This document shows positions 1 through 14,525 of a stretch of DNA of 64,000 bases, in pieces. The notes beneath the pieces were generated by a model. It did not search any database. It was not told the origin of the DNA and worked only from the letters and a program-made list of their open reading frames with translations. The DNA is from Veleropilina oligotropha. Its lineage: Eukaryota. The stretch lies in contig JBEUKZ010000123.1 in assembly GCA_048128005.1 (NCBI GenBank), forward strand, positions 310,001 to 374,000, written 5' to 3'. The position numbers and the translations under genes were made by a program. Numbering within the stretch: the stretch's first letter is position 1; each line of letters starts with the position of its first letter.

Positions 1-25
1 GGACTCTTTCAGGACGGCATTAGTT

Positions 26-1500
26 TCAATTATCAGGTCCTGATGCAAATTCGTCAAACACAGTCCTGAGAGGCGCCCTTCGCCCATTCTGTTGCGGATG
101 TACGTCTTGACTCTCCGGAAACACGAGAACGAGCGTCCGGCACTGCCGACTGGAAGTGTGCATCCAACTCTCAGTAATGCAGATATATTGGGGAATATAT
201 CTGGATCTATCTTCCTCAAACAGTCGATGAGGTTTTCTGACCGTTGGTCCTCGGAAGTGGTATTCCAGCCGTGCCGCCATTCTTTAATCTCGCTCTTTAG
301 TGCGGCTGGTGTCTGCATATCCCTCTCCCCAAAACGGAGAGACTTCGAAGACTCTTCCAATTCTGTGTTGCTCATTTTTGCAATGATCACAGGGACTAAT
401 GCGAAAATCTCAGCGCATGTCCTGTTTTCCACGATGAAGCGTCTGTTGATTTGGACCAGCAGATGGTCCAGGAAGGGAATTTGGACATTTCTCAGGAACT
501 ACGACGCCGGCGTGTCGGCTGGGGAATTATCGCGGTGACATTGTCTCCAGACGATGCGCGGCATGGACACAGTGCCCCCAACGTTCTCGCATAGCAGCTT
601 TGCCGCAGTGAATATGTCTTGGAACTCTGAAACAACATCATCACGCATCCGTTGTATTCTTAAAATTGTGCTGTCGATAAGAGAGTATGCCATATAGGCA
701 TCCATGTCACTTTTCTGGAGCTTTGACGCGTGTCCTTTCACCGTTTCCAAAGTGTTCTTCACTGACAGAAACGCAACAATGAAAGCAAATGATCTCATTG
801 TGTGCAGAAGTCCCTGAGCTTTGACTCTAGTGTCACGATCCCATTTCCAGTTTTCTCCATCGTAAATGCCATCATGTTGGGTTGGATATAAAATGGCATC
901 CAAGCACAAACATACAGCTTCATGGAGTGTATCATAACATGTATGGCGTTCTACCCATCGCGTCTTGCAAAGACCTTGCATTTTGATTTTTGACGAAGAG
1001 TTCTGCGATGCGGCGATAGTCTTTTCAAGAAATCGCTGTCGTTTCGGCGAGTTGTCAAAAAATAGAAAACATTCATTGACTGAATCTATCGTATTCCGAA
1101 TAGCTGGAATTTGACATGCCGCGGCAATACTCAAATTGAGCACGTGAGTATTGCAGTGTGTATACAGGGCAAGAGGGGCGATTGCCTCGATGCGACCATG
1201 AACACCAGTTCCTTCCGATGACATACATGAATCATTGATGCTCCATCATATGACTGCCCACATCAACGCCATGTTTCTTCAGTGATTGTAGAATGCCGTT
1301 AGCTATGGATTCGCCTGTTGTTCTATCCAGAAAGTGAAAATCGAAGAATCTCTCTTCGATTGTATGTCTCTCATTAACCTTTCGGAGGCAGATAGTCAGA
1401 ACCTCCTGATTCGCATACTGATCAGTGACCTCATCAGCCACGATTGAGAACACAGCACAGTCAGACTGGAGGCAGGCAATGAGTTTACGACCGATTTGAC
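26..1500 (-). pseudogene. Degenerate hAT-superfamily transposase (ZMYM1/THAP12-like), frameshifted
   Basis: ORF pieces carry FSIVADEVTD (first catalytic D), HCNTHVLNL (CxxH) and LCKTRW. The hATC-like SAGRSFS..RRVKTYIRNRMGEGRLSGL lies near 55-150, with the usual SAERSFS Glu replaced by Gly. The coding region is split over several frames. A possible 5' terminus CAGGGGCGGATCCAG lies at 1771 (-). Confidence 0.85.
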
Positions 1501-2230
1501 GACCGATTATCTCGATCCGCTCGTTTTGGATTGTCTTCGATGTATACTGTGCGTTCCTTTTTCCAAATGGGCTTGGATAATATCGTCATGAGCAGTTTTA
1601 ATGCATATGCTTTAAGAAACGGTTCCTTAAAATAACCTCTAACTACACATAAAGGTGCACGTGTAAGGATTTTATTACTTGTTTTTAATGTCCGAGGCAA
1701 AAGGGCACTTGGTCCGTCAAGGGGGGGGGGGGGGGTCCGACCCCCACGGACCCCCCCTGGATCCGCCCCTGCCGCCATCCGTTTACGCAGTACATCTGTC
1801 ACTGTCTGTATCCAATGATAACACACTCCTGTCATATACCTGTAGTTCGAAATATGTTGGACAAGAAGACATTTTACTCTTCTTTCGAAACAGTGCTAAA
1901 CGAGAAGCTTTAAAATTATTGCTAAACGAGAAGCTTTAAAATTATTGCAAAACATTGACCAGACAGAAAACCCAGAACACGATATTTACAAAGAAACCGG
2001 TTGTTAAATCTGTGTAGACTTCGTTGGGTGAACGGAAAGTTGCATATCGTCACTTCTAACAAGCGTATACAAATATTATATAATCAAAGCATTCTAAGTT
2101 ATTGCCATGGGCAGAGACCTACACACGGAAAAATAATTTAATCTAGATCTGATGGTCAACGAATTTGAGACGGAGACAACAAGAGTACTTGAATTACCTA
2201 ACCAATTTCAGATTTATCATAAAATGTTAA

Positions 2231-3253
2231 AGTCCAGGTCTCGTACATATAACTTTTTCCAAATACCACTTACAAAGCTTTATTATGCTGTCATCTTGCT
2301 TACTGTGACAAATTTGATGTCATATTTTATCGAGGTGACAGAAAAACGATCTCAAACAGAGCCCTTCTGTGACCTGATTATGAACGATCTGTTTGTCCAG
2401 ACGGGGAATTCGTGACGTCACGTGTTGATTTCAGATGTTTCTCAGCGCCTGGCTGCAAGCAAATGACAACCTAAATACACACTTGCTCGCCCAAAATTAA
2501 ACATCAAATGTACAATAACTCAGTATTTTCAAAATGGTAAAAGGATGAGCAGTATAACAGTACTTTAACGGGACATTCGATGCACTTATTTCCAATTAAT
2601 CGGAGTCGTCAACAGAAATTGGAACGATTCGTACGAAACACTTGATCTGAGTTGGACACATGCTCAGTTAGTTATTTATAGCTAGCATTTCGTAGCGCCA
2701 GATGACTTTGAGGGTTACATGCAGTGGAAGATTGGTTCAAAAGGCAGTTGGATATTTAGAAAGCGGCAGTACCTTCAAATAATACGAACTCGACTGTAGC
2801 AAACTCGGTACGGAGTTTGCCTAGCAGACAAGCGACAACAGCGACATTTTTCACAGCACCCGATCGAAGCGTGAATGGATGTTATTTTCAACGTCGCATT
2901 CGCTGTCTCCAAAATATAACTGCATGGTCGCCAACTAAAATATTTATTTCGAAATGTCCATCACTATCGGTTTCTGAACTACACGATTCCGTCGCCTCCA
3001 TTTCACTCGCCCATTGCATGTCAGTACAGTACTCGTTAGTAATACCACCAGATTCTCGCCACCGATGGTTCCACACGCGACATCACCTGCCCTTTTTCAC
3101 CGCATCATCAGACAAGGCGAAGTTTGGTAGCGTTTTCTCGTGTTTTACGCAAAATATCGTTATATACACATATTAAACATGCTACATCATCAGAAACTAC
3201 ACAAACCTCTTGTTATGAATAAGGAATGCACATTTTATGCCAGGATATGGACT
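2231..3253. mobile_element. Kolobok-like non-autonomous element (TTAA flanks)
   Basis: TTAA|AGTCCA...TGGACT|TTAA with imperfect TIRs beyond; no intact ORF. Confidence 0.4.
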
Positions 3254-3984
3254 TTAACAGTTTGATGATACAAGTAAAGCTCGGTTTCTCATTCAAGTAC
3301 TAACTCTCCCGGATGCAATACCGACTAATAACGACTGGATACTGAATGTGTCCTCTCTAGAACGTTTGTAAGGAACCGAGTTGATTGTTACAATATAATA
3401 CTTCGTCGTAACTCCAGAAATGGAGAAACTTTCGACATTTTCAAAGAAATTTGGTATGGATAATTGCAATACCACGTGAAGCAAAATAACCCAACGGGAC
3501 GAGATTGTATTCCCCCCCCCCCCCCCAATGAAATGCCGCATCCATTCACAGACAGAAAGCCAGAAATATAATCGACTCCGCCATAAGGGACACTACATAT
3601 ATATAGATGGATTAGGCATTTTAGATGTGTATCACTAGCTTGAATGTTGCTGACTCGACTGTCCTGCTTCTCGGTTGTTCTTTCTCGATTAATATCAAAT
3701 GGAGATAACAGCGTTGTGATTAATCATTTTAGGCGTGTACCACCTCCGGAAGTGACTCTGACCGTCCACCCGGTTGTCCATTCTCGATCAAGCTGTCCGT
3801 ACTAGATAAAAACCCATTTTAATTTAAACAACTGTGTTTTGACGTTTTCTTATCGATGATGGAAAGTATAAAGTGAGTCTTCGAGAAAGGTTCCCACAAT
3901 ACAGAAATTTGCTCTTTCTTTTATTGTGTCATATCAACGAATTACCAGATACCGTAAGTTCCAAGCACGCATAAAAAGGAAAGG

Positions 3985-4235
3985 AAAGGATCGATGTTTA
4001 ATGTCCTATATATTTCCAATCATCAAAGCATGACATGCTCATATTATCGCGGGAGGAAAGCCTGGTCGCTCGGGGAAACCCACCCTCTCTGCTCAGTTAC
4101 GGACCACTGTGACTCGTATAACTTGAACAAATAATGTCATGTATGAACCGAGGTTCAGACCCATTACTATTCGTGTCAGCGGAATCAAGCCAGTGATTTT
4201 TCGAGTCCGAAACCACACGACTGTCAGACGCCCAT
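3985..4235 (-). mobile_element. tRNA-derived SINE family A copy
   Basis: Reverse-complement similarity to the full-length copy at 59389-59639. Confidence 0.7.
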
Positions 4236-4324
4236 CGTCCGACATAGTCAAGTGCTTCCTGCATCTTGTGATTGTAGCACTGCAGGCAGCGAAGTCGTCA
4301 TCTTGGAGGGCTATGCAGAAAATT

Positions 4325-4990
4325 TTAATAATTGGTTAATTTCTCGTTGATGACATCAATGAAGATCAGGAAAAGCGTTGGGGAAATGACTCCTCCTTGC
4401 GGCACGCCTTGAATAGTGACACGGTGGCCGATCTTCTCGTATAGTTTTGCAGTTGCAGTACGGTATTGGAGGAAGTCGTGTGTCCAGAGGTACATTTCCC
4501 CCCTATTCCGCTTTCGTGTTGAGCAGGAAAAGCAATGGATCGATGTATGTCCTGCAAATTTCCAACCTTTAGGGTCAAAGCTGGACATGTCCATATTATC
4601 GCGGGAAGAAAGCTCGTTCGCTCGGGTACACACGCCCTCTCCGATCACTTACTGACAACTGATTCACAACTTGAACAAATTATGCCATGTTCCAACCAAG
4701 ATTCGAACCCACTACTGTTCGTGTCAATGGAATCAGCCAATGATTTTCGGAGTCTGCAATCGAAACCACACGACTGTTGGAGCGGTCATCTCTTGTTGAG
4801 CACCTTCAGGAGAAGTCGTTCATTCCACACCTTGTCGAAGGACTTGGTAAGGTCAACAAAAACAGCTATAGTACATTCTTCCTCCCCTGAAAAGGCATTT
4901 TCGGTCTTTAGGGCAAGGTACACCAGCTGATCTCCTGTCTTGCTTTTTAAAACTGTGTGTTGCTGAGCATGTGGTTCTCTTTTGGGTGTT
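4325..4990 (-). pseudogene. Non-LTR retrotransposon RT fragments interrupted by a SINE A copy (~4530-4785)
   Basis: AVFVDLTKSFDKVW and GVPQGGVISPTLFLIFI RT motifs lie on either side of the SINE copy. Confidence 0.75.
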
Positions 4991-5129
4991 TCAGCAGTCT
5001 TGTCTTGACAATTTATTCCATCAACTTTCCGAGGAAAGTTCAAATCAGTCAAGATCATGGCCGAGTCATGGCATTCTTTCAATCTTAGCAGACATTTTTA
5101 CAAAATTATTGACAGGTTTAGATTGGTTT

Positions 5130-5295
5130 GGATCTACGCATGCATTATGTACCCTTTTAATATCTTCAGGCTCATACCAAGACATGTTCGTGTTATCGCG
5201 GGAGAAAGCCCGACCGCTCCGGAAAACCCGTCTATACCTGTCAGTTATAGTATCGTGACTATTACCTGAACAAGACTTAGTGTTCAACCGAGCAT
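5130..5295 (-). mobile_element. SINE family A partial copy
   Basis: gacatgttcgtgttatcgcgggagaaagccc matches the family A core. Confidence 0.55.
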
Positions 5296-6739
5296 TCGAA
5301 CTCATATTTCTTAGACAGAGCAACCAAAAGAGAGAATATACGAGGTCGTGATCTTATCCTCTCGACTACCAATGCACCCATTGACAACATGGCGAAAAAA
5401 TACGAACACAGATAGTAAAATGTTGAAAGTGGCCTCATATTGAATAAATGACGTACATTATATGTAATTAGACATTTTGAACATATATATTGCGATTGCC
5501 ATGCAAGGGGCCATCATGACGCCTAGATGTGAAAAGCAGAAGGTAATATTGAGAGAGAGGATCGAATTTACATTGCATTCCCGCAATCTCATCATGCGTT
5601 TATATTATTATGTTATTGAATAATTTTGCCAGATAATATATAAAATTATATAATAGATGTGATATCGCCGATATGACGCACCTTGCATCACCAATTGGCA
5701 TTGCAACCATTTATAGACCTTCTCATGGAAATGGTTGATTTCATGCCGGCGAGGGTATGTACTAACGTACAAGATCAATCCACAAACGAGGAGAAATTTT
5801 GAAATAATATATACGGTATTGTAAAACTATTAGCCCTTCGCGAAAGTTTCGAACAAGTTGCCTTTGTGAGAGCACATGCAGGAAATGGAAAACATACAGA
5901 ACACCAGATATGCTACTCTTCTTCGTAGAACTGCTCTTTTGACGCAGGTGGCTTCAAGTGCAGTATTTTTAAAATCAAAGAAACTTTCAGTAGTCTCTTC
6001 CCGAGTTTCAGTTCGTGCATGTATCATGTAAAACTGTTTAACTTTTGTGGTATACAAAGCGTCCCCATAGCTGAATTGCAAAGATGCGAGTTTCGTGATC
6101 TCAATTACAAATGTATTTTGTACTCTGCGCATCAAGAGAACATGCATTTGTCATGTCATCACTTGTTAAGATTATTAGTTATATTTTTATCCAAGATGCC
6201 TTGTAAATTCGCTGCAGCAACTATTTCGCGTAAGAAAATATATATAGAAAATAAACAATTGAAGACCAAGTTACTATTATTATGTCCGACCTCTCATGAA
6301 CATAATATATTATTATAAAATAAAATATGATATCGGCATTATGTATCTACATACACTAGGCCTATTATTCATATAATTAATGATTCTTTATGTTTAATTA
6401 TTGAAGACATTGATGGTTTTACCTGAACATAGAGAAATATAATTGTTGCTGGTGAGTCACAGATCGCCTATTAATTAATTAGCTTACATTGGGTGGCCAT
6501 ATAATGTCTCGGTGTATTTTGAAATCGTTGCTCTGGTTGTCGACACAGGAACAAATCTCAATACTTTAAAAGTGCTCGCCAAATTTGAGAACCCAATTAA
6601 TTAATCAGGTATTTTAATTTATATGCCAATTCAATATTTGGGGTTGATACCTCAGCATAGGATGTCGTGGCTTACGCTATATAAAATTGATTATTGCTAG
6701 TTGTGTGAATATATATAGCGTATGGATGGTAACTAGGCC

Positions 6740-7059
6740 CCCTTCTTTTATCAACTGAATTGATCAATCTGCTTGAATCTATTCAAAAATGCGCATACAG
6801 AATCATCGTTCCCACACTCAACTATCAGGCAGCACTCGAATATCTAAACCTACCAACGTTGCAATCCCGAAGAATCGAACTATGCAAGAATCTGTTTTCG
6901 AAAATTCAACAGCCAAATCACCGTCTTCATAAATTACTGGCGACAAAGAAACAAGTCCATCACAACACAAGAAATTCGGACATTCATCATTTGCATCGTG
7001 TGTCAACCAACCGTTTTAAAAACAGCTTCATTAATAATGGTCTATTTTATTATCAGTGA
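6740..7059 (+). pseudogene. 3' fragment of a LINE (CR1/L2-group) ORF2
   Basis: LESIQKCAYRII..YQAALEYLNLPTLQSRR..TNRFKNSFI is typical of a LINE ORF2 C-terminus, followed by an AT-rich 3' region. Confidence 0.7.
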
Positions 7060-7543
7060 CAATTTTAACGACATAGTTTTGGTAATTACTTTTAATTTTT
7101 AATACCTTTTTTACGTATTGTTAATTTTATAATATCTAAAAATACGCGTTATCAGACCAGTTACTCAAATGCACTACTGCATTCTTTAATCGATTTCCTA
7201 TTATTTTAACTTTAATTTTATCACATCCGGTTACAGCTTTGTTGATGTCATGTTCAATTTTACACTCAACTACTTTTATTGTATTTTTAGTCATTTTCTG
7301 CAAATCATGGTCATTAAATAAGTTTTATCACGACTTAATAATCTTACATGTATAACCATAACTATATTTGTGTTATCATTTTCATAATTGTTTTCATTTT
7401 ATCTTGTGTTATTTGCTATGTCTTTTGTTTTTATTAGTATAATTATGAATATTTTATAACTGGATGTCATTCAACTAATAAGTTGCGATCTATCATTTAC
7501 TTATTTATATATTAGAATGATGACTGTATGAACGTAACAGTAT

Positions 7544-9668
7544 TTTTGTCCCCCGCCGCCTATCGGGCGGACGGGGGACATAGTATCCGCGTTCGTGCTT
7601 GCTTCCGTCCGTCCGTGCGTCCGTCCCGGATTTTCCCACATCTTTTTTTTACCATTTAGAGAAATGCGAGCTTTACGAAACTTTACAGATGAACTAACCA
7701 CATCATTGGGTATATCAAGTTCGAATATTGTGAAATTATTTTTAAAACGTGAGTTTTTTAGTGACTTTTCAGGACGTTTGAACATAGTCTCTGGAAGCAT
7801 GGATGTGATTTTCAATTTTTGTCTTGCCCGTTCGGAACGAAACATAGGTATTGCTTTCCCCCTCCCTCATGCTCACCCCCCCCCCCCAAGTTTTATTATT
7901 GTGTGAAGGTTTTGCGTATTGTTTCCAGATGATATATTGATATCTCTCCACTACAACGTACATCAGTTCAATATAAAACTTCATGTGTAAAAACCTGTTA
8001 AACATGTTAATCATTCGGATTTGTTTACCCTCACCCTCACCACCACCCCCCCCCCAAAAAAAAACATTTTTTTAATGAAAATATTACATGATTTATTTTC
8101 GCTGCGCATACACAAAGTTTAATTATGCCTTGAAATATTGAGGATAGAAAAGAAACAGAGATATTTTTGTAAGTCTTATGTGTGTATGATGAAAGGGACA
8201 TGAGCTTATCTGTAAGACTTGCTCACTGCCAATAGGCACAGTATGTTGTTAAGCTTAATGGTCACTCTGTGAAACTGGGATTCTCAAAATCAAATGAATT
8301 TTGAAAACTGGCTTCCCACTGGTTTATTCCATGGGTATCTTGAGATGGCAGTGTATATTGTCATTAAGAACAGACTGTATCCAGTGTCTAATATCACTCT
8401 CCTCAGCTGGTCAAGCTTCAAGTCATTGTGTCCCCTGACAATAGGCCGGGATACTATAATTTTGTCATGCAAATATATTTAATCTCGAGTATATAATAAT
8501 AAGATTTTGTCTTTATTTTAGTTTCTCTGAAACTTCGTCTTACAATAACTATATTAGGATCAGTACTGCATAGGTAGTTCTTCTGAATTCTTGCTTTGCA
8601 AACTGAATATGTGACGCCGGGGCGGGCGAGACATATAAGTCTGCGGAATTTCTTGTTTTCATATTGAGAATTTCTAGCTTTCTGAAACTTTACCGATCAA
8701 TTAATCACATCATTGGGTAGATCAAGTTCGAATATTGGGATTTTTTTATATTTTTTTATAGGTTTTCCGTGATATTGAAGGTTCTCTGGAAGCTTGGATG
8801 TTGTCATTTATTTGTTCAAGTTATGAATCACAGTTGTACATAACTGATCCAAGAGGGCGGGCTTTCCTCCCGTGACAATACGGACATGTCCTGGTTTGAA
8901 CCTAAATAATTTGGAAATATACAGGACAATAAGCATTGACCCTTTCCTGTTTCCTTTTCGAATATGAGGAATGTTTTCTTTAAATTGATGGATTTTTTGG
9001 CAATTTTATACATAGTCTCTGCAAGCATGGATGTGGTCAATTTTCCCACATGCCCTTATTTCATTTACAGAGGTGCTAGCTTTCTGAAACTTTGCAGATC
9101 AACTAACCCCATCATGGGGTAGATCAAGTTCAAATATTGAGGCTTGATTTAATGCTGAATTTTGCTGATTTAAAACGTAGTCTCTGCATGTATGAAATTT
9201 ATCAATTTTCTCACAACTAAATTTTCCATTTCGAAAAATGTTAGCTTTCTGAAACTTCACAGACCATCTAACCACAATGTGATAATGGGATGGATCAAGT
9301 TCGAATAATGAGAATTATTTCATTTACTTAAGTATTTACACTTAGTCTCTGGGTGCATATCTATCTCTGTAGCCTCTGGTGGCAGGAAATCTTGCTTAAT
9401 TAATGAATTCTCATTCAGTTACTGAATACAGGGAGGGAGGGAGGAATGATGCTTAATGTCCTGTATATTTACAACATCGAGGTTCAAGGCAGGACATGTC
9501 CGTGTTATCGCAGGAGGAAACCCCGGTCGCCCGGGTAAACCCGCCCTTTTCGGCCAGTCACGGACAACTGTGATTCATAACTTACTGAATACACAGCGGG
9601 CAAAAATATATATGTGGTCAATAATACGGGCGGGGGACAATCGCCACTTAGTGGCAATCACTTGTTTG
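7544..9668 (+). mobile_element. Helentron-associated (HINE/DINE-1-like) element with internal repeats and nested SINE A pieces
   Basis: 5' T-run plus subTIR tgtcccccg followed by its short inverted partner, then a (gtcc)n microsatellite and ~180-bp internal repeats (tttctgaaacttt..gatcaagttcgaata). The 3' subTIR cgggggaca is followed by the stem-loop gccacttagtggc and cttgttt. Confidence 0.65.
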
Positions 9669-10873
9669 TAAGGGTGACCTTATCAATATAAAACGCGATG
9701 TGTAATGAATTCAGCGAAATGAAACGGCTGCTAGGTTGCATTCTGGATTTTGAAAAGACATGCTATAGAAAACCATTTTTAAACAATTTACATTTGATGT
9801 AGAAGAAAAAATAATAGGGTCTATATATAGAACACTCGCTGTGCTCTCTCCCCCACTGGTATGAATTATCACAGACGTAGAATATACTATAGGAGTCATT
9901 CTAAAAAAACGTATATTTTCTGTCCATTGAGTATTTTAAGCAAAATTGAACAGAAGAGGGTAATTTAAATTATTGTTCGTATCAAATGACTCATATTGCG
10001 CTTAATTAGCACACATTTTTGAATAAAATAATATGAAGTATATATTTTTGTTAGGTCGAAAAGTCACTGGTTTACGTGTACTTTTGCCTACCCCCTTACC
10101 ACGTTTCATTTATAGCCGAAAAATAGCTCACTCAACATCATATACTTTTAAAAATCAAACGCCTCCTGTATTTCTGCAATTTTGTAAAGTTTTAACACTA
10201 TGCAAGCTGTAATTTTCTATTTATTTATTTTATTTTTGTGTCGTTTATTCGTGTCCGCGATTTTGATATCACTGGTGTATGGCTTCATTCAACCCGACCT
10301 GCCAGACTACACGTGATTGGCATTAGTTATCTTGTTTGCCGGTAGGGGAGAGAAGAATCGTAAGCAGCAGACGACACATGGCCCCGTGCAATAATCGCCC
10401 GGAACATGGATAATTCGATGTTGAAAGCAGTCAATGTCACTGCGTAGGTTTATTCACCAATGGACCATCACTGGTGTAACAATACATTTTGCTAGTAAAT
10501 CATATCTTACATCGAAATTAATTGTATGCCATGTTTCAGTGTCAATTATAGTTCATATAAATGTATTTATTATGATTTCTGCTGTTGAAACATTGTGGTT
10601 ACAGATCAATACACCCCTGGTGTAACCATGTCACTGGTATTAAAATTGCTTATAAACACCAGTAACATAACGTTACATCAGTGACATAAAGTTGACCACC
10701 GTTCGTATTATTGTACTCTCACCGGATTAAATATTGTTCTGGAGTACATTTTTGGCACAAGCATGTAATACAGTGCATTATCATAGTTGATAATCGGATT
10801 AAATCCAGAAAATCCTTGCAAATACCACCAAAGTCAAGCAAAAAGATTTCATGCTAAATTTACATGTATACAT

Positions 10874-11306
10874 CAGGCGCGGATCCAGGAATTTCGCTTA
10901 GGGGGGCGCTGAATTTACTATAAACTGTTCGCGTGGGGGCGGGGGCCCACGCGAAAGAAAATTTTGAGAATCAACATCCTGAAACCCCCTCTCCTGCACT
11001 CTGACAGGGCAAAAGCGATATTTCATTCTAACTTTTTATGAACCACTGTCACTCAAATAGCACGAGTCAAATTCGTATTTTATTTTGTCATAATCGAATT
11101 GTCCGCGTGGGGTCGGCGCCCCACGCGCAAGAAAATTTTGACAATTAACGATGTGAAATCCCCCCCTCCTGCATTATTACATTGCAACAGCCTATTTATA
11201 ATGTTCTGAAAGTCATTTGTATCAGATTATATATATTATTTTAGTATGCTTGGCCAACTTTAGGGGGGGGGGCGCCGGGTGCGCCCCCCCCCTGGATCAG
11301 CGCCTG
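10874..11306. mobile_element. MITE with 16-bp TIR CAGGCGC(G/T)GATCCAGG and TACAT flanks
   Basis: TIR has 1 mismatch; TACAT at 10869-10873 and 11307-11311. Confidence 0.7.
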
Positions 11307-13812
11307 TACATGCATATAATTATATACATAGTGAAGTGGCCCGTACCGACGATGTAATGAATAAAAGCAATGTACTACAATTCTGTAGTATGTTACTGCG
11401 TAGGTTTATTCACCAATGGTCCATCACTGGTGTAACAATACATTTAGCATATTAACAGCAATGGCTGATTTAGGGGGTCCAGGGGATCAGCCTCCTCCTT
11501 GTTGTGACCAAAATGTAAATTTTATAGACATATATGTCATAGTACATGTTAATTTGCATCCTTTTACTCCTATATAGTGACAGAAATGTTGGTAATAAAA
11601 TTATCTTTGCACACTCGAAATGCAGGAGAGAGGGTATCATACCGTTAATTGTTAAAATTTTCCACCGCGCAGGAGGTGGGGACGTCAAGAGTATATTTTG
11701 ATCGATAACTTAAGGATTTGGACCCTATAATGTATTTGGACTATTTTCTTATGCGCATGCATATGCTTATCTTTCGTATCGATATGAACTTCGGTCGGCA
11801 TCACGATAACAGAACATGTGTTTGTTGCTTGGTCATGAAATATAGTTTGATACATACAAGAATTGTTCGAGTCATGTTAGTACATGTCATTACCGACCCC
11901 CTATTAAAAAATCCTGGATCCGCCAATTGTTACCGGAATTGGTCCGAATCTTTGACTAGGCACATTAAATTAACAGTCAAAGTTGACTTGTGAGGGCGTG
12001 TTTTCCAAGGTGATCAAACTTTTGACCATATCCTGTTAAGACCCTGAAGGGTGTTAAAATTGGGCTATTTAGCATCGATATCAAATTTCAAATCCAAAGA
12101 TAATGAAGTCTGGACCATGAAGAAGACGAATAATGCTGGTGTCGATCGAAGGACCGGAAAAGTGTTATCACAAAGGTAGAGTACTTGAAGTTGATCTGGA
12201 GAAACACAGTGGAAGACCAAACGATACAATAAGAGGTTACAACTTGTCAAACATTTGCCCAGACAACAAGACATTGCCCCTAATACCACAAAATAAAGGT
12301 ACTTTTTTGCAAATGGCGTAAAATAAGTTTTGCTCGAATAACAATCGAAAAAACATCATGCGTGGTATATCGATTGCATTAAAAATAGTTTTGCAAACTC
12401 TAAAATATAGGGTGCCCACCAGGTTTTCTTTATGGTACCCATATGCAATTTTCTCTGTTGATAACGACGTTGTTTATACTGATTACATGCACAGTGTTTG
12501 GACCGGCTGTTCGCTTTGACATAAATGATTACTCTCAAGATGATATCTTATGAATACATGTTTTATGATTCTTTATGTGTACTCAAAAGATCAGATATAG
12601 TTTCAGGAAACTAAATATGATGTATGGAAGGAGGTATCATACATCATCCAGGCTTCCCTATAACGAAATTGGCAATACAGTATACAGTATACAGTATATA
12701 TATATTTATATATTTACTGATGCTGTATATCAATGTCATATGGGTTGCTTGTTGTGCATATCTGGAATTATATAAAACTTTTTTGTTATACACTTGAATT
12801 TCTGTTGTTCATTAATGTTTATTTATCACTGGTGTTACAACTTGTTACTGGTGTTAATATTATGTCACTGGTGTTATCAAGCACATATTTTATGAATATG
12901 AAGTCATATTTGTAATTGAATAGCTAAAACTTTTTCAAGCGTGATGCGCATGCTTTGATGGAAATGATGTGATATAGCCTATATAGAGAAAAACACTCGT
13001 TTCCCCTAGAAGCAGTACTGTGGCTATTGATATACATGAGATTCTGTGTTAAATAAATTTGAGACCATGTTTCTGGGCCCTAATATAATAATATAATAAA
13101 CCTCAACGATTCTGTTTGAAATATATGGTTTCAGGACATTCAACACTTATATTGATCCAAAGATAATATTTTTAACTAATCGAAATATGGGTGCTTCATA
13201 TTAGTGGCTGTCCATTACACCAGTGACATAAACTGGCTGGCCTACGTACAACCAGGACGCAAATTAGCAAAGGTTTATTGAGCTTCTTCATCTTAATCAC
13301 TATTACGACCTGCCTAAACATTTCTGCAATCTATTTGAGGGGCCTAGAAACATTTCTGGACCAATTTTTTTTCCAATTTTAGCTCCATTAAAGTGTAGAC
13401 GCAAAAAACATTCACCGCCATATGGTTAAACAGGAAAGTTAGAAAAATTATAAGAAGGAAATATAAACGTTGGAAAAGATAAAGAGAGTCACACGACACG
13501 GATGACCATCACAAATATAAAGAATGTGAGAAAAGATCTTGTTTAACAAACTTACTATAATTTTTTGAAGATGCAACAAGTGCAATCGACACGTGCAAAC
13601 CAGTTGATATCATGTAATCTTGATTTTCAAAAGGCATTCAATAAAGTACCACATAAACGGCTATTAAAAAATTAAGTAATCATGGCATTAAAGGCCCAAT
13701 ACTAAATTGGATAGGCAAGTGGCTAGAAAATAGAAAACAGAGGGTTGTAATAAATGGGAATAAGTCATAGTGGGAACTGGTAATAAGTGGTGCCCCACAA
13801 GGTTCTGTTTTG

Positions 13813-14508
13813 TACGGTAGCATAGAGGTGACAGGGTATATATATTTTATAACTGCGTGCACATGGTATATATATATTGTTACTACGTGCGCACGTAATA
13901 GCTACCACGTGCGCACGTGGTAGCTACCACGTGCGCACGTGGTAGCTACCACGTGCGCACGTAGTAGCTACCACGTGCGCACGCAGTAGCTACCACGTGC
14001 GCACGCAGTAGCTACCACGTGCGCACGTGGTAGCTATCACGTGCGCACGTGGTAGCTATCACGTGCGCACGTAATAACTAACCAATCAGAACACGTGAAT
14101 GATCTTCCATTTAATAATGCATAATATTTGACTAAATAATAATTTGCTGAATTTCACTAAATGTATACTGAATATTTAATAATATTGTTACCTCCTATTT
14201 AAAATTCCTCGTGTTGTGTTTTGTTTTAAAATGGCAGATATTTCCTTTCTTTTCATTGGCTAGAGTTATTACGTGCGCACGTGTTAGCTAACGCGTGCGC
14301 ACGTGGTAGCTAACGCGTGCGCACGTGGTAGCTACTGTGTGCGCACGTGGTAGCTACTGCGTGCGCACTTGGTAGCTACTGCGTGCGCACGTGGTAGCTT
14401 TTGCATGCGCACGTAGTAGCTTTTGCATGCGCACGTAGTAACAAAATATATATACCATATGCACACGCAGTAATAAAATATATACCGTGTCACCTCTATG
14501 CCACCGTA
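13813..14508. mobile_element. MITE with long TIRs built from 22-bp tandem repeats, 5-bp TSD TTTTG
   Basis: TACGGTAGCATAGAGGTGAC...GTCACCTCTATGCCACCGTA termini. TTTTG at 13808-13812 and 14509-14513. Arrays of GTAGCTACCACGTGCGCACGTG face each other. Confidence 0.85.
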
Positions 14509-14525
14509 TTTTGGGACCATTGTTG

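Noticed and set aside
13880..14440. 22-bp repeats as a CRISPR array
   Set aside because: Head-to-tail repeats without unique spacers, inside a MITE, in a eukaryotic context with no cas genes.
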